64,000 nucleotides of DNA, from the NCBI GenBank assembly GCA_039186165.1, contig JBCDAG010000001.1:4040-68039 (forward strand), written 5' to 3'. Below are positions 25,101 through 34,700 of the stretch, one piece after another. Source of the DNA: Cyanobacteria bacterium P01_F01_bin.53 (GTDB lineage: Bacteria > Cyanobacteriota > Cyanobacteriia > Phormidesmidales > Phormidesmidaceae). A model generated the notes under the pieces. That model ran no database searches, had not been told where the DNA came from, and was given only the letters and a program-made list of their open reading frames with translations. Position 1 is the first letter of the stretch, and each line of letters begins with the position of its first letter. A program made the translations under genes and the position numbers.

Positions 25101-26901
25101 CGCAGGAGCGCTCCATACAAATCCCCACGGTTTGTAAGGGCTGAGTTGTCGGAGATTGGCTGGTAGCCGTGGACTGGTTGGTTTTGGACCGGCTGGATAC
25201 GGCTTGAGTCGGCGAACCGATACCTAAATTTCGCAGGTGGTGGGCGAGCTGGTTGGCTTGGTTATTTAGCGCGGTATAGGTGAGCGAGGTGTGGCCATCG
25301 GTGAGTGCGATCGCCTCAGGCGTTTTCTGGACCTGAGCCTCAAATAGCTGATGAATGCAATTATTTTGTGGATAATCTTGCTGAGTTTGATTCCAATCAA
25401 TCAGCAAGGTTTTGCGTTCGCCATCGCTCAGCAAGGGAAGGGTGGCAATCACTTGTTCTGGATCGGCAGCTAGGCCAGAGAGCAAGGTTTGAAAATGCGC
25501 GATCATTCGCGTAATCGTGCTTTCATCGAATAGGTCGCTGTTGTACTCGACTTGTCCTGCGATGCCATTAGGCGTCTCTTGCAGGTTAAAGCGTAGCTCG
25601 TATTTAGCCTGGGTTTCAGGTAGGGGATGACGTGCGATGGTGAGCCCCTCTAGCTGCATCGGTTTTACATCCACCTGCTGCAAGTCTAGTTTGACCTGAA
25701 ATAGCGGCATCATTTGACTGAGGTGCCGTTCTGGGTTGATAACTTCTACCAACTTTTCAAACGGCAGATCTTTGTGCGCTAAGCCATTGAGGACAGTTTC
25801 TCTGACTTGTTTTAGCAGGTCACAGAAGCGAGGATTGTTGGATAAATCGCTTCGGAAAACAAGGGTGTTGACGAGCAGGCCGATAAGGCCCTCGGTTTCA
25901 GTGCGATCGCGATTGGCAATATCACTCCCCACGACAATATCGTCACTATCGGTATAGCGATGAAGCAGCACTTTGCAGGCTGTGAGTAACAGCGTAAAGA
26001 GCGTGACTTGGTACTGATTGCTCAGCGCTTTGAGCTTTTCTGAAAGCTCGTGAGAGAGCGTGAGCGGGACCTGGCTACCTTGATAAGTCGCCACTGCGCC
26101 ATAGGGACGATCCACAGGTAGCTCTAAAATGGGCAGCTCGCCAGAGAGGTGACGCTTCCAATAGCTAATGTGTTGTTCGAGCTTTTTACCTTGGAGCTGT
26201 TGCCGTTGCCATACGGCCCAGTCGGCGTATTGAACCTTCAGCGGTGGCAACGGTGAAGGTTCTTCTTGGGAAGACGACTGAGAGAGAGCCCTATACAGCA
26301 ACGTCATTTCTCTTAAAAAGACCATGACTGACCAGCGATCGCTAATGATGTGATGCGTGGTGAGTAATAACAGATGGCTATCTTCCCCGACCTGCAGTAG
26401 GGCCGTTCTGAGTAGCGGCTGCGTGAGATCAAAAGGGGTTTGGGTCAGTGTCTGAATCTTAAGATCAGCTGCCGTTTGCGGATCGACACTCCCCCGTAGA
26501 TCTTCGACCTTGAGGTGAACAGGTTGGGGCGGCTCAATGATTTGAACAGGCGTCTTCTGCCCCTCCCCATGCTCCTCTAATGAAAAATGGGTGCGGAAGG
26601 TCTCATGCCTTTCGACCAAGGCGCTTAAACTCTTTTCTAACGCCGAAATATTGAGCGTCCCTTGTAATTTCATCACGCTGGCCACATTGTAGGCCGTGTT
26701 CTGTGGATCGAGCTGCTGCACAAACCACAGGCGTTGTTGTGCAAAAGAGAGGGGAATAGGTTGGTTTGCAGGGCGCGTCGGAATGGGGGCTGATCCTAGA
26801 CTTTGCAATCCCTTTTCGAGCCCCTTGGCCGCCAGCTTTTGTTCGAAAAGTGCCCGTTGCTCAGGGGTGAGCGTGGCTAGCTGCTGATAAAACTGACTCA
26901 T
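19177..26901 (-). CDS. NRPS C-A(Ala)-T-Cy-A(Cys)[Ox]-T, thiazole-forming
   Basis: Code DLFNNALTYK (Ala); Cy motifs FPLTDIQQAYWVGR, DVLIGD, PVVFTS; code DLFNLSLIWK (Cys); FMN oxidase insert RRQSHRQF...YASAGSLYP...ETGYMGQ between A8 and A9 (~19870-20450). Confidence 0.95.
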   Translation of the reverse strand: MSQFYQQLATLTPEQRALFEQKLAAKGLEKGLQSLGSAPIPTRPANQPIPLSFAQQRLWFVQQLDPQNTAYNVASVMKLQGTLNISALEKSLSALVERHETFRTHFSLEEHGEGQKTPVQIIEPPQPVHLKVEDLRGSVDPQTAADLKIQTLTQTPFDLTQPLLRTALLQVGEDSHLLLLTTHHIISDRWSVMVFLREMTLLYRALSQSSSQEEPSPLPPLKVQYADWAVWQRQQLQGKKLEQHISYWKRHLSGELPILELPVDRPYGAVATYQGSQVPLTLSHELSEKLKALSNQYQVTLFTLLLTACKVLLHRYTDSDDIVVGSDIANRDRTETEGLIGLLVNTLVFRSDLSNNPRFCDLLKQVRETVLNGLAHKDLPFEKLVEVINPERHLSQMMPLFQVKLDLQQVDVKPMQLEGLTIARHPLPETQAKYELRFNLQETPNGIAGQVEYNSDLFDESTITRMIAHFQTLLSGLAADPEQVIATLPLLSDGERKTLLIDWNQTQQDYPQNNCIHQLFEAQVQKTPEAIALTDGHTSLTYTALNNQANQLAHHLRNLGIGSPTQAVSSRSKTNQSTATSQSPTTQPLQTVGICMERSCEMVVSLLAILKAGGTYVPLDPAYPAERLSFIAEDANLQILLTQGDGIVFEASPSLQTVDITKIPDNLPTTKLKTHARPSDLAYVIYTSGSTGVPKGVAIEHRSTVTLLHWAKEQFSPEELSGVLASTSVCFDLSVFEIFSPLSWGGSAIVVENALALATLPKATPPASVPVSLLNTVPSILTQLLKIGSLPKSIQTVNLAGEALPISLVQQLQQLPHIQQIYNLYGPSEDTTYSTCAPLHGQHFTPADTRVPIGKPIANTQAYVLDRHQQPVPVGIAGELYLSGAGLAREYLNRPALTADKFVTGTPSSETLSSASAVDLSKGELSKLYKTGDRVRYRLDGSLEFLGRFDQQIKIRGFRIETGEIETALSQHPVVQEAVVIAYGEGTDKQLVAYVVANDDASDNTSGDISDEPSENSLSAQLRHDLAERLPAYLIPTGWVTLEALPKLPNGKIDRRGLPHPERQTSQAYVAPRSELEKTLATVWGDVLNQEKVSIHDNFFELGGHSLLAIQIVAQAEAALQSKIPLQAFFKAPSISELAQHLSRRSEDATITENSTSQPINRPQITPDLDQRYEPFPLTDIQQAYWVGRSQAFELGNIGTHGYRELEVDGLSVEQVEQALNVLIKRHDMLRAVVNTDGLQTILPAVPNYEIPVSDYRQGVENEQLAILRSRLSHQVFTPEQWPLFHIEAAQLPNNKVRFFVSFDVLIGDAWSFQRLGQEMAQLIRGEALPPLSLSFRDYVMAEQAFQTTPAYEQSLEYWKNRLTTLPPAPSLPLTMAPSQVKTPRFERRSGRLEADDWARLKQRAYQAALTPSGVVLAAFSEVLTIWSQQPQFTLNLTLFNRVPLHPEINQIVGDFTASMLLAVDNSGNESFIARAKRLQAQLWEDLDNRAVSGVRILRELAKVKAAGQKGTGARMPVVFTSTLNQAIPQPESREWQTENVFSVSQTSQVYLDHQVSEIAGELVFNWDAIADLFPENLLNEMFTAYAQLLRQLAVDDSVWQTLPKLASTEHVEALNQTNQAFSEGELCLHELFFNQAEKQPDYPAVITPEKTLTYGELAARAQALAHQLKQLAIQPNHRPNQLIAVSMEKGWQQVVAVLGILSAGEAYVPIDPTLPQERRWHLITESSAEIVLTASGNILDWPTGLTQICINEEPSIKPSVEPEVQPIDFTAETLQSPTDLAYVIYTSGSTGTPKGVMIDHRGAVNTILDINQRFEIGPRDRIFALSSLSFDLSVFDIFGTLAAGAALVMPSAQQEKNPTHWRQLLTEHNVTVWNSVPALMQLLTTELTAIENSSAKEDAKEASNAPSALRLVLLSGDWIPLTLPSQITLHCPTAQVISLGGATEASIWSIAYPIESVDPNWHSIPYGRPLANQQWYVLDENLHPCPPWVTGQLYIGGIGLAKGYWNRPELTAERFISPTISPTTLPTSSRLYKTGDLGRYRLDGTLEFLGREDFQVKINGYRIELGEIESALQQYPAIDAAVVEPVGTPAELVAYVVPQMNAIANALSQPLAKLDFKQKQLGIREASPQAAPSQEDTLELPKRKSSTEPFIRRQSHRQFLAQPISLEGFSDFLAELSAHTIPDSPIPKYRYASAGSLYPIQSYLHIQADRISGVAPGWYYYHPIKHSLEKIHAEDASPAETVSTLSQSLSLSLYGPNQQLQQNSAFSLFLVANMEAIEPIYGDKSRDFCLIETGYMGQLMMEKAPDFDLGLCPIGGFNHEVLKRQIGLRQHQQPLHALVGGLIDPSWNHQWMAVHDSSQTVSTTETLTHTLKQHLSEKLPSYMVPTRYQILGSLPLTPNGKVDRRALPLPTAGTTTQYVAPTNPTEEKITELWQMLLDDVDKVGIHDNFFEVGGNSLTAMQLLSQLQNTFSVELTITQLFGALTPAEQAHIIVSQTIDDAHQSVNGRTIPTRKKTVENADPIPRRQSATPLPNPEENNPEENNLEIDIEALSDETVNDLLGQLLTEDNQEATS

Positions 26902-29900
26902 GCGTCACCTCCTGATAATTGAGCTTGAACTTCCTCGGCAGAAAGTGTTTGGACCTCAGCCAGGAGTGCGGCCATTTCATCCAGCTCGTTCTCCTGTGGC
27001 AGCTGTTCGGAAATGACCGCAGCAACTTTTGCCACTGTCGGTGCTTCAAAGAGGAGGTTCCGCATCTCTATTTCAACCGGGAAAGCCTCTCTTAATCGTG
27101 AAATGACTTGAATAGCCAATAGGGAGTGACCCCCCAAATCAAAGAAATTGTCGTTAACGCCGACTTTCTCGATACCCAACAGGTCTCTCCAAATGCCTGC
27201 AATGCCCTCTTCTACATCATTGCGAGGGGGCACATATTCCGTTGAGAGTTGAGGGCGACTGTAGCTTTGCCCAGTCTGTGGGTTGCCCTGGCCTATGTCG
27301 GAGGGGCCTATCTCTTGGGAACGTCCTGACCGAGCAGCTGGTTGATGGGGCGGTTGATGGGGCTGCGCGTGAATCCATTGTTGATGGCGATCGCAGAGAT
27401 CTCCTTTGGATACAATTGTTTGGCCGAGACTGGCCTGAGTGAGAATGCGCTCGGTCGCCTGCCATACTTCTGTTGGGGTGAGGGCAAAGTTTGCGAGGGC
27501 ACTTCCCCAGCCTGAGACACTGCTTTGTTGCCCAGACGCCTTATTGGATGGCTCCTCAGCCCCTGTATTGTCACCTGTGCTCTCATCAGTATGGGCATCC
27601 CAGTTGATGCTAAACCAGGGGAAGGGTGAGTGCTGGTTTTGCTGAGCAACAAAGGCATCTATAAAGTGATTGGCACCGGAGTAGGCGGCTAGGCCCAGGC
27701 CACCAATAATGGAAGAAAGCGAAGACTGCACGCAACAGAAGTCGGGAGGTTGGCTTTGAATGGCATCGCTTTGGAGTGCGTTGGCAGAGCCTCTCTGAAA
27801 GAGACTCGCTAAATCTTGCAGCACTGTTTTCTTCGTTTGAGTGCTGTATTCCCAATGGTGAGGCTGCATCAGCGCAATCGGTGCTGCCGACTGTTCATTG
27901 GTCATAGGGCTACTGACAAATACGCCCTTAATAGGACCAAACTTGTTGGCAGCTTGCCTTAGCTCAGCCTGTAATGTCTCTCTATCAGTATGTTCTATTT
28001 GAACAACATTTGCTTGATAGTGCTCAGTTAACTGCTCAGTCCATATCGAACCTAATCCTTCTCCTAACTCTTTAGTGCCAATAATGACGTACAGCCCACC
28101 TTTATGAAGACGGACCCCATTGGCTGAAGCTGCTGTTGGCATACCTTCAGCCAATGGAGTTGCCTGATAGGTCTGTTGCCAACGATGGCGATTGCTAGAA
28201 CCGCCCCGATAGGCCACCACCGCAGCAGGCATGTCTACCTGTAACTCTTGCCAAAGCGTCTGGGCTAGTTGCTTGGGCTCTCTCTCTCCTTGGATCCAAT
28301 CCACCTGACGACAGCCAATGGATGGATACTCCTGACCAATCACTTGGCAAAGGCCCTGAATCTCTGCTTGTTCTGGCGTTAGCGATTCGGTGCCAATGAC
28401 ATCATAGGCACCCTCAGTGACAACCGTTATTTGCAACGGGGTAGATTGACTAGACCACGTTTTGAGGAGTGTCATGAGCGTGATGAATGGGTCTAACGTT
28501 TCCTCTACCGTTTCCTGCGTATTGGCCTGAGTGTTGGCCTGTGTACTAGGTAGTGACCACAAATACACAATCTCAGTAGGCACTATCTCCCGGAGTTTTA
28601 AGTCCTCTAACAGTTGTTGAAAGCCTTCAGGCGCTTGCGGATTAAGGTTGAATTTTCGATAACCTGCCTGCCCAAACGTTGTTGTCCCTGGGTAAACACT
28701 CAAGACATCTTGCCCCGCTTGCTCAATAGTTTGAGCGAGCTGTTTGCCAATCCCTGTATCATCTGTAAAAACTAACCAACAAGGACGCTCTGTGGGGTCA
28801 TTGGTTTTAAGCGTAGGGATGCATCTTTCCCAGCTAGGGCTGTAAAACCAGTCTTTAAGATCGGGCTTTAATGCTGTTGTTAATCCCGTTCTTAGATCGG
28901 GTTTAATCTGTTTTTTGTTGTTCGCTAACTGGTCTGTGTGTGCCTGTTCTGTGTATGACTGTTCTGTGTATGACTGACCTGAGAGATCGTTCGGATTAAG
29001 GTCTACCCAGTAGCGTTGTCGTTCAAAGGGATAGGTAGGTAGGGGAATACGCCGATGGCTATGGTTTCCTTGGACGGCTTCCCAGTCAATTTCAACCCCC
29101 GAAGACCACAGCAGCCCAATAGCAGAGAGCACTTGTGTGGTGTCTGTTTCTGTTGACCTCGGATGGGGAAGGCTGTTGATAGCTGGATAGGTCTTTCTAG
29201 CGGAGGTCGGTGAAAAGTGTTGTCGGGTTAGCTTGGTTAAGGTGTCTCCTGGCCCAACTTCTAAGAAAACGGGATCGGCTAGCTCTAAAAGGGTTGTGAT
29301 GCCTTCGCTAAAACGGACCGTTTGCCGAATCTGACGCCCCCAATAGTTCGGATCTGTCGCCTCTTCGGCAGTAATCCAAGTACCTGTCACGTTGGAGATA
29401 AACGGTATAGTAGGTGCCTGAAGCTGAACTTGGCTGACGGCTTCGACGAAGGGGGCCAGCATCGCTTCCATCATGGGCGAATGGAATGCGTGGGAGGTTT
29501 GTAGCTGACGAGCGTGAATGCCTTCCTTTTCTAGCCGAGTTTGTAGCGCTGTGATCGCCTTGTGCTCTCCAGAAACGACGCACAGCTGCGGGGCATTGTT
29601 AACCGCTAAGGTAATGTCATCATTTAGCCACGGCTTTATGGCTTCAGCCGAGAGTGATACGGACAGCATGGCCCCACTGGGCATTTCTTGCATGAGCTGT
29701 CCTCTCAGTACCACTAGCTTCAGTGCTGTGGTTAGGTCAAAAACACCTGCCAGACACGCGGCGACGTATTCCCCTAAGCTGTGGCCTAGCATTGCGGTCG
29801 GCTGAAGACCCCGGCTTTTCCAGAGCTGGGCGAGGGCGTATTCGATGGCAAAGAGAACCGGTTGAGTATAGGCGGTTTGCACTAGGGAAGCGTCACCCCC

Positions 29901-31787
29901 ATTTTGGAAAGGTGCGCCGTCTGTTGTTCTTTGGGGTGCATCTGCCTTTGCCTCGGGATACAGGAGGGCTAAGAGATCGATCTCTTCATCTGCCATCTTT
30001 TCACCTGTAATCTCTTCACTTGTAAGGATCTCTGCGCAATGATCTAAATGTTGTTTAAAGATAGGTTGTGAACTGTATAAGCCCGTGGCCATGCCACTGT
30101 ATTGGCTGCCCTGCCCAGAGAATAACAAGACCAGAGAAGGCTGCTCTGTAATCGTGTGAGTCGTCTGGATATGTAGCTTCTCAATGGCTTCGGAGGCTGT
30201 CTTACAAACGACACTGCGGCGATGCTTAAATGCCTTTCGACCAACTTGCAGTGTATAGGCAACGTCTGCCAAAGTGAGCTTGGAATTGTCGTTGACCGAA
30301 CAATTGCCTAGTGTTCTCTCCAGATGATCTGCAAGATTCAGCGCCGTGAGATCTAACGCCGTGGGCGTTTTTGCAGAAAGTACTAAAAGGTGTGGTGCTT
30401 GAGTAGTTGTTAAGGGGCTTTTGGAGGGGATGACAATTGGAGCTTCTTCGGGAGCTTCTTCTAAGATGACATGGGCGTTAGTTCCACCAATTCCAAAGGA
30501 ACTCACCCCTGCTCGGCGAGCTGACTCGCCTTGGGGCCACTCTGCCAAGGCCGAATTGACATAAAAAGGGCTATTGCTAAAGTCGATATTCGGGTTTGGG
30601 GTCTGAAAATGTAAGCTTGCTGGAATTTGCTTGTGCTTGAGGGCAAGTACCGTTTTAATGAATCCTGAAATGCCTGCTGCGGCATCTAAGTGACCAATAT
30701 TGGTTTTAACAGAGCCGAGGGCACAAGAAGCTGAATCAGTTTCGTTGCTGCTGTCGGTATGTGTAAAAGCTTGGGTCAGTGCGGCTATCTCAATGGGGTC
30801 ACCTAGGGCTGTGCCGGTGCCGTGGGCTTCAATGTAGCTAATGGTGTGCGGCAAGACTTCTGCCATTGTATGGGCCGCTTGAATCACCGCAGCTTGGGCT
30901 TCTACACAAGGCGCCGTATAGCTTACTTTGAGTGCACCATCATTGTTGATGGCAGATCCTTTTATCACCGCGTCAATGGTGTCACCATCGGCTAGGGCAT
31001 CTTCTAATCGCTTCAGAACAACAATGCCTACCCCATTGCCGCTGACAGTGCCTGCTGCTGCTGCATCAAAGGCACGGCAGTGACCATCAGGGGAATAAAT
31101 GCTGCCTTCTTGCACCTTATATCCAAGCTGTTTTGAAATTGCGACACCACCTGCGATCGCCATATCACATTCCCCGCTCAGGAGTGATTGCGCGGCCATA
31201 TGTACCGCCACTAAAGAGGATGAACAGGCCGTTTGCACATCTACACTGGGACCTTTTAAGTTGAGTTTGTAGGATACCCGAGTGGTTAAAAAGTCTTTAT
31301 CGTTTGAGACGAACAGCTCGTAAGGACTCACACTTTTTCGAATGGCCCGGCTGCTGTACAAATTCAGCAGATAGCCATTCATGCCCGCTCCCCCATACAC
31401 GCCGATGCTGCCTGGATAGCGTTCAGGATCATAGCCAGCGGTTTCTAGGGCTTCGACGGCAGTTTCTAAAAACAATCGCTGTTGCGGATCTAGGATTTCG
31501 GCTTCGCGGGGGCTAAAGCCAAAGAAGGCCGCATCGAAAAGATCTGCATCTTCAACAACGCCCCCGACCTTAACGTAGTTAGGATCCGCAAGCATCTCCT
31601 CAGAGACGCCTTGGGCTAGCAACTGCTCATCTTCCAAGGGCGTAATAGACTCTACAGACTGCTGTAGATTTTGCCAAAACTCATCAACGGAACGAGCACC
31701 AGGGAACCGTCCGGCCATGCCAACAACGGCCACTTCTAGTCCGGAGTATTCAGACTTGGGAGACATGGGATGTTCGGTCGAATTCAT
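26898..31787 (-). CDS. Type I PKS KS(hybrid)-AT(malonyl)-KR*(degenerate)-ACP
   Basis: NDKDF...VQTACSSS, HGTGT, KTNIGH; AT GHSLG and HAFHS; KR retains YSGAN but nucleotide loop reads IIGTKELGEGLG; ACP GGHSL. Confidence 0.94.
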   Translation of the reverse strand: MNSTEHPMSPKSEYSGLEVAVVGMAGRFPGARSVDEFWQNLQQSVESITPLEDEQLLAQGVSEEMLADPNYVKVGGVVEDADLFDAAFFGFSPREAEILDPQQRLFLETAVEALETAGYDPERYPGSIGVYGGAGMNGYLLNLYSSRAIRKSVSPYELFVSNDKDFLTTRVSYKLNLKGPSVDVQTACSSSLVAVHMAAQSLLSGECDMAIAGGVAISKQLGYKVQEGSIYSPDGHCRAFDAAAAGTVSGNGVGIVVLKRLEDALADGDTIDAVIKGSAINNDGALKVSYTAPCVEAQAAVIQAAHTMAEVLPHTISYIEAHGTGTALGDPIEIAALTQAFTHTDSSNETDSASCALGSVKTNIGHLDAAAGISGFIKTVLALKHKQIPASLHFQTPNPNIDFSNSPFYVNSALAEWPQGESARRAGVSSFGIGGTNAHVILEEAPEEAPIVIPSKSPLTTTQAPHLLVLSAKTPTALDLTALNLADHLERTLGNCSVNDNSKLTLADVAYTLQVGRKAFKHRRSVVCKTASEAIEKLHIQTTHTITEQPSLVLLFSGQGSQYSGMATGLYSSQPIFKQHLDHCAEILTSEEITGEKMADEEIDLLALLYPEAKADAPQRTTDGAPFQNGGDASLVQTAYTQPVLFAIEYALAQLWKSRGLQPTAMLGHSLGEYVAACLAGVFDLTTALKLVVLRGQLMQEMPSGAMLSVSLSAEAIKPWLNDDITLAVNNAPQLCVVSGEHKAITALQTRLEKEGIHARQLQTSHAFHSPMMEAMLAPFVEAVSQVQLQAPTIPFISNVTGTWITAEEATDPNYWGRQIRQTVRFSEGITTLLELADPVFLEVGPGDTLTKLTRQHFSPTSARKTYPAINSLPHPRSTETDTTQVLSAIGLLWSSGVEIDWEAVQGNHSHRRIPLPTYPFERQRYWVDLNPNDLSGQSYTEQSYTEQAHTDQLANNKKQIKPDLRTGLTTALKPDLKDWFYSPSWERCIPTLKTNDPTERPCWLVFTDDTGIGKQLAQTIEQAGQDVLSVYPGTTTFGQAGYRKFNLNPQAPEGFQQLLEDLKLREIVPTEIVYLWSLPSTQANTQANTQETVEETLDPFITLMTLLKTWSSQSTPLQITVVTEGAYDVIGTESLTPEQAEIQGLCQVIGQEYPSIGCRQVDWIQGEREPKQLAQTLWQELQVDMPAAVVAYRGGSSNRHRWQQTYQATPLAEGMPTAASANGVRLHKGGLYVIIGTKELGEGLGSIWTEQLTEHYQANVVQIEHTDRETLQAELRQAANKFGPIKGVFVSSPMTNEQSAAPIALMQPHHWEYSTQTKKTVLQDLASLFQRGSANALQSDAIQSQPPDFCCVQSSLSSIIGGLGLAAYSGANHFIDAFVAQQNQHSPFPWFSINWDAHTDESTGDNTGAEEPSNKASGQQSSVSGWGSALANFALTPTEVWQATERILTQASLGQTIVSKGDLCDRHQQWIHAQPHQPPHQPAARSGRSQEIGPSDIGQGNPQTGQSYSRPQLSTEYVPPRNDVEEGIAGIWRDLLGIEKVGVNDNFFDLGGHSLLAIQVISRLREAFPVEIEMRNLLFEAPTVAKVAAVISEQLPQENELDEMAALLAEVQTLSAEEVQAQLSGGDA
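26907..26913 (-). promoter_or_regulatory. Shine-Dalgarno AGGAGGT for the 19177..26901 gene
   Basis: AGGAGGTGACGCATGA; ATGA overlap. Confidence 0.75.
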
Positions 31788-34700
31788 GTTGATTGCCCTC
31801 CCCGTTGTTCTGCTGATTTCCGCTGTGTTAGCCGTTTTTTCAGCCGTTCTTTACCCACTGAAACTGCGACATTGCGTTTTTCTTGTTTCTCCTTTGCCTG
31901 GTTGTCGGTCTGTTCTTTGGTCTGCCCCAGCTGATCGATATGAGTTGCCAATGTACTCAAAGTGGGATAGCGAAATAAATCAACCATAGAGAGCTCAACC
32001 CCAAGCTTTTGGCGGATTTTGCTTTGGGCATTGACCACTAACAGTGAGTGACCTCCCATCTCAAAGAAGTTATCGTGAATGCCAACGGTATCTAGCGGTA
32101 AGATGGCACACCAAATGTCAGCAAGAACAGTTTCTATGCTCGTTTTGGGCCGAGTATCAGGGGTCGTGGTTGCTGTCGTAATGGTCGGTAGTGCCTGGCG
32201 ATTTACCTTCCCATTGGGGGTGAGCGGGAAGGCTGGGAGTACCTGATAGGCCGTTGGGACCATGTAGTGAGGGAGATGCTGGGTGAGCTGTGAGCGCACG
32301 TCCTGCACAATTCTTTGCTCCGTTTCTATCGCTGTATCATGTTCACTATTCGTTAACGTTACATAGGCGGCTAACTGTTGATGCTCTGGAGCCTCTCCTT
32401 GGAGCACGACAACAGCTTGGGCGATTTGTTTATGTCGTGCGATCGCTGTTTCAATCTCACCGAGTTCAATCCGATATCCGCGCAGTTTGGCTTGGTAGTC
32501 TAATCGGCCCAGGTATTCTAAGGTGCCATCTTCTCTGTACCGGACGCGATCGCCTGTGCGATATAGCGTGATTGGCTGATCTGAGTGAAGCCGCAGTCCA
32601 TCAATAAACTTCTCACGGGTGAGGTCTTCTCGATTCCAGTAGCCCGGACTTAGCCCCAATCCACCAATGTGTAATTCTCCAGCGACACCCAGAGGAACCG
32701 GCTGTTGCTGCTCATCTAGAACATGGAATTGAGTATTGTCGATTGGGTGGCCGATGGGCACTGTTCCATGGGTCAGCATCTCTTTAGATAATGCTAATGC
32801 GCTCGACCAAATGGTAGTTTCAGTCGGGCCATAAACATTCCAGACCTCTTCGCCACAGTTTAATAAGCTGTGGGCCAGCGAAATATCTAGGGCTTCGCCG
32901 CCACAGAGAATTCTCAGCCCGTTTTGCCCGGCCCAGCCGCTCCCTAGCAACAGTCTCCACGTAGCAGGGGTAGCCTGCATAATATCTACGCCATAAGTAT
33001 CGAGATAGGCGATGAGCTGATGACTATTGCGGGCGGTTTCATTGCTGGCTAACAACAGGCAAGCGCCTGAAATTAAGGGTAAAAACAGTTCTAGGGCCGC
33101 AATATCAAAAGCGAGGGTGGTCACGGCCATGAACGTATCGGTCGGTTTTACCTGGAGATGCGTGGCCATCGCCCCCAGTAAGTTACTGAGGCTGCGGTGG
33201 GTAATGGGCACACCCTTGGGATTCCCGGTGCTGCCGCTGGTGTAAATGAGGTAGGCAAGGGAGTCTGGTGTCGGGGTGAACTCGGTCTCTGAGGTGGGTT
33301 GCGATGCGATTAACTCCACACACTGCCTTAAGTTGATCTGGCTCAAATTAATCTGTTGAAGTGATTTTTCCTCAACGTCAATCACTTGCATTGTCACATC
33401 GTGACAAATTATCCACTCGATTCCCGCATCTGCTACGGCGTACTGTAGCCTCGCCGCCGGATAGGTCGGATCGAGTGGTACGTAGGCACATCCGGCTTTT
33501 AGTATGGCGAGTAGAGACACCACCATATCTATGGAGCGCTCTACGCATAGTCCGATAGGTGTTCCCGAAGCAATGCCTTGTTGCTTTAGGTAGTGTGCAA
33601 GTTGGTTAGCACGGATATTGAGCTGTTGATAACTGGTGGTTTCACCTTTTACGATGACCGCTGTGGCATCAGGATTTTGCTTGGCTTGTTGGGTAATCGC
33701 ACCCTGTACAGAATATGGGGAAACGGACACATCAGGACCATTGCCATAGACAAGAAGCTGTTGTTGTTCTGCCGATGAGAGGATGCTAACACCGCCTAAG
33801 TTGCGTTGAGGCGCGACCATCATCGTGGCTAAGGTCGTGTGGAGATGGCTGAAAAGACGGGCGATTGCAGGGGCTGAAAATCGCTGTTTATCGTAGAGGG
33901 CCTTAAAGGCTAACGTGTCTGTTGCCACCGCAAACAGGGCGAGCGGGTAGTGCGTTTGCTCCGTAATTGAAACATCTAAAATATCTAAGCCACTGATTCC
34001 CTTGGCCGATTCGAGTGGATAGTTTTCAAAGACAATCACACTTTCAAATAGTGGAAACTGTCTAGGAATCTCGCTAACTGACTGAATATCTACCAGGGGT
34101 GTGTATTCATAGGGCTGCTGTGCGAGCTGTTGTGCTTGAATTGTCTGGAGCCAAGGAATTAGCTCACTTTCGGGCTCGACTGACACCCGCATAGGTAGGG
34201 TATTAATAAATAGCCCCACCCGTTGTCCAGCATCAGGTAGACTCTCGGGCCTGCCTGCACGGGCTAACCCATAGAGCACCGTACTTTCGCCACTGTAAGC
34301 ACTCAGAACTTTACTCCAAGCACCCTGTACAAGCGTGCTCAAGGTCAGCCGATGCTTCTGGGCAAAGGCTTTTAGCTGTCTGCTGAGGTCAATTGGCAGT
34401 TGGTAACGCTGCTCTGTAAAAGATGATTCTGAAACAGACGGTTCCGCAACAGTTGATTGGCCGCCTGATTGGCTGCTAGATTGGCCGCTTGATTGGTCGC
34501 TGGATGTTGTCGTATTGTTGTCGTGGCGGTTGTCTATTCCGAGGGGAGTGGGCACGCTAATGCCCGCTAATTGTTTTTCCCAGAATTGCTTCGCGGCGTC
34601 TAGGTCTTGCTGCTGTAGCCACGCAATATAGTCACGGTAGGGACGGACGGTGTCGCCTAGTGTGGTGTCACCTAGTGTGGTGTCATCCAGTGTCATACGC

